Shown here in pieces: positions 1-12,806 of a stretch of 64,000 nt of DNA. Position numbers and translations under genes: made by a program. The stretch comes from Syncephalis fuscata S228. Its lineage: Eukaryota; Fungi; Zoopagomycota. How positions within the stretch are numbered: position 1 is the first letter of the stretch; each line of letters opens with the position of its first letter. The notes under the pieces were generated by a model. The model was given only the letters and a program-made list of their open reading frames with translations, did not search any database and was not told the DNA's origin. The stretch is from assembly GCA_025786725.1 (NCBI GenBank), contig JAHLTZ010000004.1, positions 186,001 to 250,000 on the forward strand, written 5' to 3'.

Positions 1-534
1 AGAGCAAGACTCAATTAGCAGTAGGACTTGAACGTAAGTTATTTATACCACGAATATGCAATAGTTAATAAATTGTTTATAGGCTATAAATTGGCCTATA
101 CAAGTACACGACCTTCATCAGCTATACTGTCTAAACAAGCCGATGATTATATTATTAAACATGAAGCGCAAGAACGAGCAAAGGAAGCCAACCTATCGGC
201 CATGTATAACGTACCCGATGCCGATGGCTTTGTTACTGTTGTGCGCCATCATCGTAAACGAGGTAATACCGATGGACGTGGCACAGTAAAGGCCATTCGG
301 GCGGAAGAAGCAGCCAAACTAAAGGAAAAAACAGGCCAAGACAAAGAACGAGTCGACTTTTATCGATTCCAACACCGAGAAGCTAAACGTGAAAGTAAGT
401 ATTAATCTGATTGTTTACCTAACAGCATTTATTAATATTGTACTATAGAATTGCTTGATTTACGTCGTAAATTTGAGCAAGACAAAGAGCGCATTGCTCG
501 TATGCGTACCAATCGTCGTTTTAATCCCTACTAA
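1..534 (+). CDS. RRP7: Ribosomal RNA-processing protein 7 (3' part; gene starts before the window)
   Basis: Spliced translation (introns ~34-82 and ~395-448) gives PDADGFVTV...DFYRFQHREAKRE|KLLDLRRKFEQDKERIARMRTNRRFNPY*, the characteristic Rrp7 C-terminal domain. Confidence 0.9.
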
Positions 535-711
535 TCTATCTATATTCATCTATTAAGAGGTTGTTTCTCTTTGGCCGTCACGATGACTACGACGTGTAAC
601 CTTTTTCTTTATAAATTATACTAAATGAAAACAGCTATATTTATTTCGAAAACATATTGATGTATCTAATTAAACAATTGGCTTATGAACGATGCATACA
701 AAAAGTAGGCA

Positions 712-3700
712 CTAGTTAAAAAAAGGATGTGAAAGAGCATCCGACGCAGTAATTCTATCCACTGGATCCACTTTTAGCAGTTTATCAAGTAGACTAACGG
801 CATTTAGATCAATCAGATCAAGACGTTCTTGGTTTAGAAACTTGATTAAGCGTGACAAATCCACTGGACGGTTACGTATCGTAGGAATATTACAATGGAA
901 ACTTCGATCTATAATGTCAAGTTAGTATAAATGCTAGAATGTAATAGTATTGTACTTGCGATATTTCGCAGCCATAGCCTTCATAGCAGAACGACCTTGT
1001 AAACAAGTAATTTCCACTAATGCTTCTGCATCACTATTTGAATTAAAAAATGGATAACGGCCGGTGAGAAAAGATAGTAGAATAACACCGGCTGCCCAAA
1101 TATCAAGTGCTATATTAAATACAATTTATATTAAAACTACGTTAAATGAATAAAATGTACATTTTAACTACTTACCAGCTGTTTGATGTTCAATCTTTAA
1201 TAATACCTCAGGTGGTCTAAATCCACGGGTTCCTGCACGATTAGCCCGTAGAACAGGTCTATTAATCAATTAATCAATTAATCAGCTAATCAGTTAAACA
1301 ACTAGTTAAATGTTTATATCTATGCTTACCGACTATCGTGTACTAAATAGCCAACACAATTATCCTCTGACATGGGTGTACTTACTAATGGTGCTGCTGT
1401 TTGAGGATACAGTGGCTTTGTTGGATCAACATCCTATTAAATAGTTAAATAGTTAATGAGTATTGAATTATATTAATTATAAAAACATTACCTGGGCCAG
1501 ACCAAAATCAACTAGAAATCCTCGATGTTGTCGAAGATCATAAAGAAAATTCGTTGGCTTCACATCTCGATGAATAATTCCCTGACTATGTGTATCTCTT
1601 AATGATTCTAATAAAGAGTACATATAACAGCGAATTTCATCTAACCCACAACTAGTATAGAATTTCTAATGATTATAAGTATATGTATGTATATATATAC
1701 ACTATATTATTAATAATATTAATATAATAAAATTACCTTAAAATCATCATGTCGAATATAAGGTAGAACAATGGCTACTCTATCTTCATAGCGAAATGCA
1801 TCAAGCATAGGAGCAATAGAGGGTGAATGACTATTATTATTATTATTATAATAGTAATAACATCCATCAGTTAATAGTATTCTATTAATAACATCAACTA
1901 CTTACCGTAAAGCGGCCAATTTATTAATTTCACTATGAATTCTGGATGGTGAACTACTAATATGAATACATTTAATTGCCATATAATGTTGGGCTGATGG
2001 CGGCAATTGCCATCGATTATCCTTTAAACTGCGTCCTAGTAAATCTTTGGCCTTGAATACAATACTAAATGTTCCTATCAATATATATATACATATATAT
2101 ATTAATAAAAATTAGTAATAGATTTAGATGATTAATATAGTAAATAATTACCCTCTCCAATTTTACGTATAAGTTGATATTGATGTGCTAATGGTGGAAA
2201 ATGTTTTGTAATATAAGCTATTTCAGCTCTTTCTCCTCTATAGACAGATCTTGTATCATCACTAGAATCTATATATTCTTCTTCTTCTACTATTTCCTCT
2301 TCTACTATTTCTTCTTCGTTATTATCATCATCATCATCTAATAATTCAATAACTGTAGCTTTCCCTTTTATTGTTGATTGTACATTATTTGATTCACATA
2401 GCATATTTGTTGCTTTACAAGTATCATTGGATTGTTCTTGAGGTTGTGGCGCTGTTTCTGTTATAGTAGATAGTAACATTGACTTTTTAGTGTCTATAGT
2501 TTCTGTTTGATAATGATCTCCAAGTGATTCTGACTCTTGTAATCTACTTGGTTCTTCTTCTACTATTTCTTCTTTTTCTTCTTCTTCTTCTTCTTCTTTC
2601 CATGATCAATTTGCATCAAGTCAGCCTTTTTAGGCGTTAATGAACAAGATGGTATATTTATAGATTCATTATGATGTTGCTTATTATCAACTGTTATAGT
2701 ATTATTGATTATGGTACTATTAATTGTAGTGGTTGATACTAATACTTGTTTGTCAGGTATTGTATCTGTTAATTCAGATAATGTACTGCTGTTCGCTTTC
2801 CTAATACTGTTTATAGATTATAATTTGTATGATTAATATTAAAATAGATTTACCTTGTGGTGTTGATTCTAAAATACGATCTCTCCATTCATCGGCTTCT
2901 TTACGAAATAGTAATTCTTCTGTTTCTCGTTTCATACAAGCTTGAATATCGTCGCTCATACAATCATCATAGTCATCGTGCATTTCATAATCATCACTAA
3001 GTGGTGCAAATGCTACTCGTGGAAGACCAAGTCGTCGTTGTTCTTGTGGTCTATTAATGTAACTACTTGCCTCATTACTAATAGATGGCGATGAAATAAA
3101 TTGACGTGAATGCTGAGATAGATTTGTTTCATTAGAATGCAGTACTGTTAACTGTTGTTCTCTAGTATGATAAGTAGAACTATAAGCTGTATCTTTTTCT
3201 TTTTCATCTATTTCGTTTATTTCTTCTTCTTCCACTTCTACTATTTCTTCGCCTTCGTCGTCGTCGTCTTCTTCCTCTTCTTCTTCTATACCTGTTCCGT
3301 AAATGGCTTCAGCTGCAGTCATAACATGTGATGATGTAGTTGGTTTCAAATAGAATTTGCTTCGATGTAGAGTAGGTGTCAGTGTAATAGAATGAGTGGA
3401 TGAACTACTAAGTCGATCTCCGTATGGTGTCTTGGATGGAGTTTTCTGTAATTGATAATGACGTATACACCGAGGTGTTGTCAGTATGTCTTCTTTATTG
3501 TTTTCACCATCTTTATCTTCTGTAGATTGTATGGATTCATTTAAATTGATATCGCGTGTTAATGAAGGTTTACGAGCGGATGCATATAGCTGTTGAATGG
3601 CACTTAATCCAGATCCTTTGGTATTTACCATCTCCGTATTAGCGTTGTGACTCGAGTCAATATAAGGATTAGAGTATGACTCGTCTAGTTGTTCATAAAT

Positions 3701-3991
3701 AGGCTCAGTTTCATTTTGCATATGATTATGGTCGATGTCCTCTTCAGCTGACTCGATACTGGACGAAAGCGTATCAGATAGCTCCGAACCAGATTCCAAG
3801 CCAAGTAACGCGGCCATATTGACGGATTGTAAAGTACGCGTCGACTGTAATACACGTTCTGTATCTTCTGTTTGGTAATTGTCTGCAGTCGATGGTTTAG
3901 CATACATTGACGACGATGGTAACGACGACGGCAGAGAAGACGACGGCAGAGAAGACGACGGCGGTAATTTTGTTTTTTTAGTGGCACGCAT
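712..3991 (-). CDS. CDC7: Cdc7-family (DDK) Ser/Thr kinase with long acidic, low-complexity N-terminal region
   Basis: Multi-exon kinase: KIGEGTFSIVFKAKD, AIKCIHISSSPSRIHSEI, IIHRDVKPTNFL, LVDFGLAQ, RANRAGTRGFRPPEVL, DIWAAGVILLSFLTGRYPFF, ITASDALSHPFF; stop at 712-714. Joining the 2801-3991 ORF needs frame corrections near 2600 and 2800, so the 5' end is less certain. Confidence 0.85.
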
Positions 3992-4275
3992 GATATTTAA
4001 AAGAATCTTAAAAAAGAATAAACAAATTATAGAAATTGGTTTGCGTCATTAATTAATTAATTATTATTTGTTTACATTTAAATAAATAAACTTTATAATT
4101 AAAAATACGTAAAATGTACATTATTAAAATACACACAATTCGTACAATTGAAAATACGTAAATATTTAATGGGAGTATTCATTTATTGTTAAACATAGGG
4201 GGCGATTGAATTGAATAAAAAATAAAATTCATGTTCAAATAAACACACGTACGTACGTATGTATGTGTATAAAGA

Positions 4276-6312
4276 TTAGACCTGGCTAGATACAGAAGAT
4301 GTTGCGTCCTGCAATGTGGCAGCAGCGATAGCAGACTTCTTAGTAGGATCGACGGCAGTGGAGGCTGTGTTGTTGCCGGATAGTGTTGACGTATTGCTAG
4401 TCGTGTTGTTGATACGCTCCAGCCGTTCAGCCAACTCCTTGACGGCATCTTGCTCGTGTTGTGCCTCTTCAAGTAGCTCGCACATATCGTCAAGCGCATT
4501 GGTGAGCGAGACACGCATCTGCTCGCTATTCATACCTTTGCTACAGATGTTCGAGTAGACAAAGTCGTCGTGGACCATGTAGGCATAGCCGTAGCCTTCA
4601 GGCACAACTTCACCCCAGGCATAGGCTACAACGGCCGAATCGGTAATCTGTGAGGTCGACAAATACCAATGGGTCGAGTAAGCATAGGTTGGATCGGCAA
4701 ATATGTCTGGCATAGTGGGTTGTTGACCAGTAGCCTTTGCTTCATCGGCTAACAGCATACGGAAGCCAAGTAGATGACGATCAATACCCTGTCCATTAAC
4801 GGCAAGTGCCGTGTTACGCGAGTGAATAACAATGGCTTGACGTAAAAGATCGGCCTTGGCAGAATAGGAGATGTTTGGATCACTCATTGTCTTGACCCAT
4901 TCAAGCGATTTGTCGTTAACGGAACGTGCAGTTTCGGTACGGCCATAGCGGAAACGGCGAGTGGCAGCCGATTCGTAAGTGGGTCGGCATGTACCGTGCA
5001 TGCGGTAGTAGGCAAGCTGAATAGCCATCTGAACAAATGCATCTGGACTGACGTTAAACTTCTTCATACGGCTCTTGCCGTATCCGTTATAGCGCAGAAC
5101 AGATACTTCGTGCGCAGCTACTTCTTGTTCCCAGTTGGCACGTGCATCGTGAATATCTGCACGCACAGCATCGTTATACTGCAGAACAATTGGCGATGGC
5201 TGTTCAGACAATCTAACTTGAGCAATAGCAATGGCAACTTCTTCTGCACCGAGTGGTAAAGTCTCTCGATCAGTCTTTTCCAAAGCAGTGCGGCATAGGC
5301 GACTGGTAGTTGTACCATCGACCAAAGAATGCTCTCCGCTGAATCCACAGCGGCCATTGGCAAATGCAATAAGCTGGAAGCATTTATCGTAGTAGCGATT
5401 AAGACCATCACCATGCCAGCAGGCACGGCTAAATTCTGCATCACTTTCTGGCTTCGACTCATCTAAACAGATAAGGAAGGCTGCCGACTCTAAACGTTCC
5501 AGTTCGGTAGCATTATCGGGATGGGCGGCCAATAGACGGCCACGCTTTTCGGTCCATACATCGCGGTGATCAGCGGATAGTACACCAAAACCGAGTTGAT
5601 TATCAGCTGCACTGGCTTGTTTGGCCAATGCATATACTCGGTGCAACTGGGTCAGTATTTCAATAGTCGATAAACGACTACCATCGGCATGGACTGACTC
5701 GAAGGTGTAGAAACGGCCACGGCAGACCACGGCTATATGATGATTTTTATCGTAATCGAATGACTCGGTATGGTCAAGAGGCATAGCGGGGAAGCGGCAT
5801 GCATTGAATAGATAGTCGTATTGGGACATGCAAAACGGTTGGCCACGCATTGCGTCTGGTTCAAGTGTACGTGAACGAATTAAATCGCGGAAGTCAAGCA
5901 TACCAGTGGCCAGCGAGGCAACACGAGTAAGCCAGTCAAGCTTAGCACCACGGATATCAGGCCGGAAGCCAAAGCCGTAGTTTACATAGAAACAAACGCT
6001 TTCGCGATTGGAAAAATAGGCATATTCGTTCCACCAGTCGAGCAACCAGGAATTCTTGCTAATGGCAGCACGATCTTCAAGCTGAGCCTGAAGCTTAATG
6101 CCTTCACCAGTGCGGAAAGCCTCAACAGCGCGTTGGGTATGTGCCCAGCGGTCGGGCTGGCCATCTAAAAGTGGCTCTACCGAGGCGAGATAGCGGTCCA
6201 GCGTGTCATTAAGCGCAGGCACTGGTAGTTTAGGCATAGTATCCTGTCCACGGTCCATTGGAGCCGTGTTATCAGCCGACGTGGCTTGTTGTTGTTCGTG
6301 ACGGTTCGTCAT
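4276..6312 (-). CDS. Carnitine O-acetyltransferase (choline/carnitine acyltransferase family), intronless CDS
   Basis: LPVPALNDTLDRYL, SWLLDWW, NRYYDK, catalytic EHSLVDG, TYESAATRRFRYGRTET, GQGIDRHLLG, YLSTSQ. First ATG is at 6312 (the track starts at a TTG). No PTS1 at the C-terminus (..SQV). Confidence 0.95.
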   Translation of the reverse strand: MTNRHEQQQATSADNTAPMDRGQDTMPKLPVPALNDTLDRYLASVEPLLDGQPDRWAHTQRAVEAFRTGEGIKLQAQLEDRAAISKNSWLLDWWNEYAYFSNRESVCFYVNYGFGFRPDIRGAKLDWLTRVASLATGMLDFRDLIRSRTLEPDAMRGQPFCMSQYDYLFNACRFPAMPLDHTESFDYDKNHHIAVVCRGRFYTFESVHADGSRLSTIEILTQLHRVYALAKQASAADNQLGFGVLSADHRDVWTEKRGRLLAAHPDNATELERLESAAFLICLDESKPESDAEFSRACWHGDGLNRYYDKCFQLIAFANGRCGFSGEHSLVDGTTTSRLCRTALEKTDRETLPLGAEEVAIAIAQVRLSEQPSPIVLQYNDAVRADIHDARANWEQEVAAHEVSVLRYNGYGKSRMKKFNVSPDAFVQMAIQLAYYRMHGTCRPTYESAATRRFRYGRTETARSVNDKSLEWVKTMSDPNISYSAKADLLRQAIVIHSRNTALAVNGQGIDRHLLGFRMLLADEAKATGQQPTMPDIFADPTYAYSTHWYLSTSQITDSAVVAYAWGEVVPEGYGYAYMVHDDFVYSNICSKGMNSEQMRVSLTNALDDMCELLEEAQHEQDAVKELAERLERINNTTSNTSTLSGNNTASTAVDPTKKSAIAAATLQDATSSVSSQV

Positions 6313-7889
6313 GGTCAATGAATAGAAAGATGGCTAGAAATGCAGATAAAATAGCACAAATGTCAGATATTGTAAATAAAGAGTAAGCTGCTTTGTTTAA
6401 AAGCGTACAGGGTCTAGCTATTGACGCTGTCCAATCGCAACAAAAAGAAAACTCACAGTCCTCGCAGATATGACGAAACAGGTAAAGAAGTGAAAATGAC
6501 AAATAGCAGCAACGAATGAAACGCAAAAAAGGTTTCAATATAAAAAGTAGTAAAAGTAGCAGTGAAAGAAATTGTAGTTGTAGCAGTAGCGGTGTCAGTA
6601 TATGAGCTATTGCTCTTGAATCGCTAATAGAAAATGCACGTATGACAATAAAATGACGAAAATACCGAAAGTGCAGGTTTAGAGAAAAGGTCAAAGATTG
6701 AGGAGGATCAAAAGGGCGGTTGTAGTTAAGGAGACGGACAACTTATACGAGACACATTGAAGGGCACGTGGAAGAACGATGTAAGAAACGCCTCGGCTCG
6801 GTAATCAATACGAACCGATGATATATATTAAATTATGACTTACTTGTTATCGGTATTAAGACAAATATCCGCAAATAATGGTTGTGATCGACACGTTATT
6901 GCACGAGTAGCAGTTAGTTTAGCGTAAAAGTAACTAGACTATAACACAATAATGAAAATGCACAGGCAATAAAACTCAAGTAGAGAAAAGAGTGTGATAA
7001 TGCGAGTATGCACGCACGTTAATGGAAACAAACGAATAGAAACGAGGCTAGACGAAACTAGACTAGAATAGACGAAACGAAACGAAACGACAATGGCAGA
7101 GTGCGTATGTATACAAAGTAGCATCGCCACGAATAGGCAGCCTATTTATTGACCAGGCAGACCAAGTAAACACACTACCAATAAAAACAGCGTACAAGCA
7201 AAGTAAAAAAAAGTTCACATGAGTCTCACGTCATCTGACCGTTCACTTTTGCATAACTCCGCTATGCTAGCTGATTTCATATATTCTATAGAACAAATAA
7301 TCTTTCTTTTATTTGCTGTATATTCATATTGAATAAAGAAAGCTTAAATTAAATTATAGAATAAAAGCAAAGTAATTGCTGGATCAATAATATAATGACT
7401 ATTAATACATAAAATCTGTATTAATGATGTCCATTTTTATTACTGGCTATTAAACAAATAAAACATCAGTATAAAACAGCGTATTTGATTAGATGGTTGA
7501 TTAAGATCAATAATATGTTGTGCGTGTTTATGCGTACTTGTAGGAGTTACAAGTGGATGAGTGAATAAGCGAATGCTGCTTATTACTTGTCTGTGGGGTC
7601 ACACGCACACGCACACGCACATATTTGGATAAATCAGCGTCAACATTAGTGTGTGGGTGTGTAAAAAGGCAATAGTGTTTTTCCAAACATGAACTCCGTT
7701 TTATTGACAGTCTCATGGGAATAGAAATAGCCTAAGCACAATAATGATTGATTCTGATATACTGCTAGGAGATAGCATCAATTATGCCAACCATGGACAT
7801 GCAGAAATCAATAGCACAGCGTCTGATAGGTGATAACAATGCAACAGTAATCACCAATGAATGATGGCCATTACTGAGCAATTGTAACA

Positions 7890-9162
7890 CTATCCGATAA
7901 GCTGTGGTGTTGAGGACGAGGCTGGTCGTTGATTTGGATCATAGGCGAGATCTTCCAATTCAAAGGCATTTACGACGGAATCCTAATAATAGGAAATAGT
8001 AGAAAATGATATGTTAATGATCGTATCTTTTTTTACTGATTAATCTAAACATGTGCCAATGACGACTTACAAATGATCGATTCCATGCTAAACGGGCCGC
8101 CGTGCCTTCGGAACGCGAGGGTAAACGTCGGCGTTCCTGGCCATCGCGATAAAGCACGATCGTGGGCATTTCTAGCGTTGTAGATGAGACGTTGATACGG
8201 TATTTATCGGTAACCTCTTTACTGACATCCACGTTAATGACGGCTAAACATATGCGGCATTTTAATGAATAGGAATAATAGATGACGGCTAATCAACTTA
8301 CCAAACTGTAAACGCTCACTAGCATATCTATTACAAAGACAAGATTAGAATAAAACAATAACCATAATCATAAATATATTAGCATGCTAATAAAACCATA
8401 TTAATTACTTACTTTAATGATAGTTGCGCAAATGTTGTCTCAAAGTAACGACTAGCCGGTGCCCATACTGCCGCGTACATAACAATTAATGCTGGAGCAT
8501 TACTATTGTTGCTATTAGACTTTTCTGTCTTGGTTCTTTCGATTTATCTTTACGACGACTTGAAGATGATGCACCCGAGTCTTTGGATGTTCCAGTAGAT
8601 GCTGAACGTGTGCCTGCTACCATTGCATCCAATTCTTCAAGCGTAGCCAATGATGTCAATTTACTATAACCATGATAGCCCGGTAAAGGAAGTAAAAAGA
8701 AAGAAGCTATTATATTGTATCATTAATATCGTTATTATTATATAGTACTAATCTACTAATCTACTAATTTATATATATATATATATTAGTTCTTACCTAG
8801 CCAACTTGCTAAAAATAGGACCAATGATATCCATGCTTTACGGGCATATGCCATATACAAGCTAAATAGTCGAATATTAAGAGAAATGGCACTAATTCGC
8901 TCTTCAGCCGTGGGTGCCGTACGAAACTTAAATAGCGATAGCACTAGAATACCCAGTAATAGCTTGAATTCATCCTAAAGTAATATCTATCCAATTAGTA
9001 TGGCTATTTACTAGCTGGCCCATTTAATAAACGTACCTCAATTGAATAGGCTGATGTATCAGCCCAATAATAAAGATAGAGCGAGTAGAAAATGCCCGAT
9101 AACGCGTTAACTATGTAGTGCGGTCGCAGCAATCGCATACGAAGGTCTTCGAAGGAAACCAT
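7890..9162 (-). CDS. Thioredoxin-related transmembrane protein 2 (TMX2)-like
   Basis: MVSFEDLRMRLLRPHYIVN..., TM segments, LIVMYAAVWAPASRYFETTFAQLSLKY, KYRINVSSTTLEMPTIVLYRDGQERRRLP, last exon DSVVNAFELE...IG*. One apparent 1-nt frameshift near 8540. Confidence 0.8.
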
Positions 9163-9659
9163 GCTTATCGTATCAATCTATCTACTGGCTACTACAAAAA
9201 AGTACTGGCCTGTAACTAATCAATAAGATTAATCGTAATAATGAGACTTCAATCGGCTTGCTATACAACAGGTAATACACCGTGAAGTTGGCAAAGGAAA
9301 AGAAAGACTCTTTATTCAAAAATAGCACTTTCAACTGTTCTCGGCTACAACGATCGCTTGCTGCCACGCAAGACATTTCTGTTTCTCTCTCTCTACACAC
9401 ACAAACACACACCTCGACTGCTCGACGCGTCAGTCTATAAAGTACTGCCAACCAGTGTAGTTTGATAGGCGTGCCATTCCTACGGGGAGGAATTCAACGG
9501 CTTCACGTCATCAACCAACGAACACACGAGCTTGTGTTGCGACTTTTGGTTCCAATTGACGCATGACTTATACTGTATCTGCTTTAGACGAATATATTCG
9601 CTCTTTTTTATTTTCTATTCCGTTATTTACCTTGTATTTTCATATTTACGCTGATCAAT

Positions 9660-12100
9660 ATGCGTGCCAAACACAAATCGATTGATTGGCTTAATGAGAT
9701 CGCCTTTTGGGGGCAGATTTGCCTCGCTTTATTAATGCTATTTGCCCTTCTATCCTTGCCGGGTATACCAAAGCCTACTCGTTTCTTCCGTCGTCTATTT
9801 GTCGGACTGGGCCGTTGTTGTCTTGGTCTATTAGAACTGACCGGCATCGGTCTACTGTATCGGCCACTCTGTACACTATGGGGTGGAATACTTGTGCTGT
9901 TACAGCCGTTTAATATGGCCATACTATATTGTAATTTTAGAGATGGATGGGACTGGCTATCTGATCAATTATACATACGAGTCCTAGGTGGTAAGTAGCA
10001 TAAGAGATTAATAGAACTATGATGGATAAAGCTACTGACCATACTAATAATAGGACAATATCGACATGCACCTATTCGTGGTCTAATTAATACAGGCAAT
10101 TCTTGTTTTTTAAACTCTGTTCTTCAAGTAATTATAGTGAATAATATGGACAAGTGAAATAGTAATAATTGATATTATATATAGTCTATGGCTGCATCGC
10201 CTACCATGTTGGCATTTCTAGACGAAATGAAGAAAAGTGACGATAAAATAATTGGCGGAAATAGAACTGAAGAAAATATGTCGCTTGTCTCAAATACCTT
10301 GTTAGATACACTAGAATGTAAATGTTAATTAAATTTATAATGTAAAATAGATTGAATATTAACATATTAAATGTTGATATATTAAATAGCAATTAATGCA
10401 CCGCTCAATGGACCTGCAGCATTTAGACCTCGTAAATTGACTCAGTCACTAGCACAGCATCAACGAGTTATTAATCGTGAACAACAGGTAATATAGATGC
10501 TCAATAACAAAATGAATGAACTAAGCAGATATACTCTATTAGGATGCTCATGAATTCTTTCAAATATTGTCGGCTACTTTAACACAAGAAGCAAGCAAGA
10601 TTAATGAACAGCGACAAGTTGTGTCTCTATTTGATACAAATATGCTAAAACACATACTGAAGAATACCGCAGTATGTATATAATATCTCTACTATGCTTT
10701 ATGACTTATTATATAATCTAGCTGGTAGGACATCAATATCAACGAATACGTAATCCATTTTCTGGATTATTAGTAAGTCGCATATCATGTGTTGATTGTG
10801 GCTATACGGTAAGTATATGAATAATCTATAGTAATATAATGTGCAGCAATCCTAATAATGGATATTTAGGGACCTATTCGACATTTTCCATTTGATAATT
10901 TATCACTAAGTCCACCATTACAGGTCAGTTAGACTATAGATATTATATATGGTAAATAGTTGTTAATAGTGTATTATCTACAACAGTTTTCATGTAGTCT
11001 AGCCTATTGTCTTGAAGAATATATTCAATTAGAAATGTTGGATGATTTTAGTTGTCGACGTTGCAGTCTTGTGGCAACTAAAAATCGACTTTCAAAACTT
11101 ATAGCCAGTTTAGAAGAAACTAATGAAGCTGAAGTAACGAATAAAGCTACACAAGACTTGGCAGTAGTAGAGAATGCATTAGCAACAGATATAGAACGTG
11201 AATTAGTAAGTAGACATCTGTTATTCAAATGACTAAACATTAATCAATTAAATTCAAGCCTAATGTTAAATTAGTACGAGCAATTAGTCAACAAACAACT
11301 AAACAAGTGATGATTGCACAGGTAATATAAATGTTAGTATAAATATCGGTTTGTACTCTAACCACAATTGTTAATAGCCCCCACCTTTACTTTGTTTACA
11401 TATATCTCGATCTACATTCTCATATGCCGGTGATTTACGTAAAAATGGCTGCTGGGTTCGTTTCCCTATTCATCTTAATCTAGCCCGCTACTGTACCCAT
11501 GGCCAATTATGTCTCGAACCAACTAAATCAATATCGGGAATGGCTGTTCAAATGTCAAATAACGAAGACTATGATAGTAAAGGTGAAGATATGGATAGTG
11601 AAGAAGAAAAGAAAAGTACGACTGTAAAAGAGGAGATCATTGATGACACATCCATTCTACCTGTATGGTATAAATTACGTAGTATTGTTATTCACTATGG
11701 AGGTCATCATTATGGACATTTTGTAGCCTTTAGACGTGCTACAATATCGGAACATATAGATGATAATGATGGAGATGAGAAATTAGAGGGTAATGAAGGA
11801 TGGTTCAGAGTATCGGATGATACAATTAGACAGGTGCCTGTAGATGATGTACAAAATGAAAATCCTTATTTGTTAATCTATGAACGCGATCCAACCTTTA
11901 ATCTTAAATCAGAACCACCATCTGCTTCTGAATTGACGTTTATTAAAGACGAGGATCGATTACAGCAGATGAATGGCACTATACTTTCTGCTTTACAACA
12001 GCAACAGCAACAACAGTCACTCCTATCTTCTGACAATTTAACCGCGTCTATTCTCTCGTCAATGAATGATTGTGCATATGCAGGCCGTCAACCCATTTAA
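9660..12100 (+). CDS. Membrane-anchored ubiquitin-specific protease (USP30/Ubp16/Ubp1 type)
   Basis: N-terminal TM; Cys box GLINTGNSCFLNSVLQ; QQDAHEFFQIL; NPFSGLLVSRISCVDCGY; His box YKLRSIVIHYGGHHYGHFVAFR; WFRVSDD; multiple GT-AG introns. Confidence 0.92.
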
Positions 12101-12284
12101 AATAGCTAATAAATATAAATTACAATGGATTTTTCTTATTATTGCTACTATTATTATGACATAATGGTCATGGAATTCTAAATAGCATTAACAGTTGACC
12201 CTGTCATACTATTACTCTACATCAATGTTGTTGTAGATATAAATAGTCTAGTAGAATTCATAACTGATCTACATCACTAGCGAC

Positions 12285-12702
12285 ATGTTTTCCACTTCTA
12301 TTTACCAATTGCCACAACGTATTCTTAATAGTATGCGTTACATTAGGCCGTCATCATTTACTATTATTCTATTAACCTTGGAGGGTGCCGTCCTGACTTG
12401 GTATGGACTGAAGCTTGCTTATCATCATTTATTTGCCTCACAAAGATGTATTCTATATACTAAAGGATTGCCAGGTAATTGTACTAGTTTAATATAATTA
12501 TTTAACATAATATGTATTGTTAGCTGATTATTGCTGCTGTTACTATTCTCGGTGCCGTAAATGTTCTTGGCATATTATACAACATGATCCATGCTTCTAT
12601 TATCCTATAAGTCCATGTGATTCAACTTCTATTCCTACCATATGCTCATCTCCAGTAACAATTACTTCATCGTCAATGGATGATATTTGCACATATCCTT
12701 AA
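12285..12702 (+). CDS. Possible small two-exon protein (~122 aa): hydrophobic segment plus Cys-rich tail, unknown function
   Basis: ORFs 12285-12497 and 12517-12702 join in frame through a GT-AG intron at 12475-12523. No recognisable family. Confidence 0.35.
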
Positions 12703-12806
12703 ATATTAAATAAATAATTGATTTGTTTTGATTAAATGCATATTTATAAAGTAAACAGTTATTTATTACTAAAATGATAAATTCGATGTATTTCAATGGA
12801 TAATTA

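Noticed and set aside
4179-6694. Overlapping alternative-frame and antisense ORFs around the carnitine acetyltransferase
   Set aside because: Shadow ORFs of a GC-richer coding sequence, with no independent motifs.
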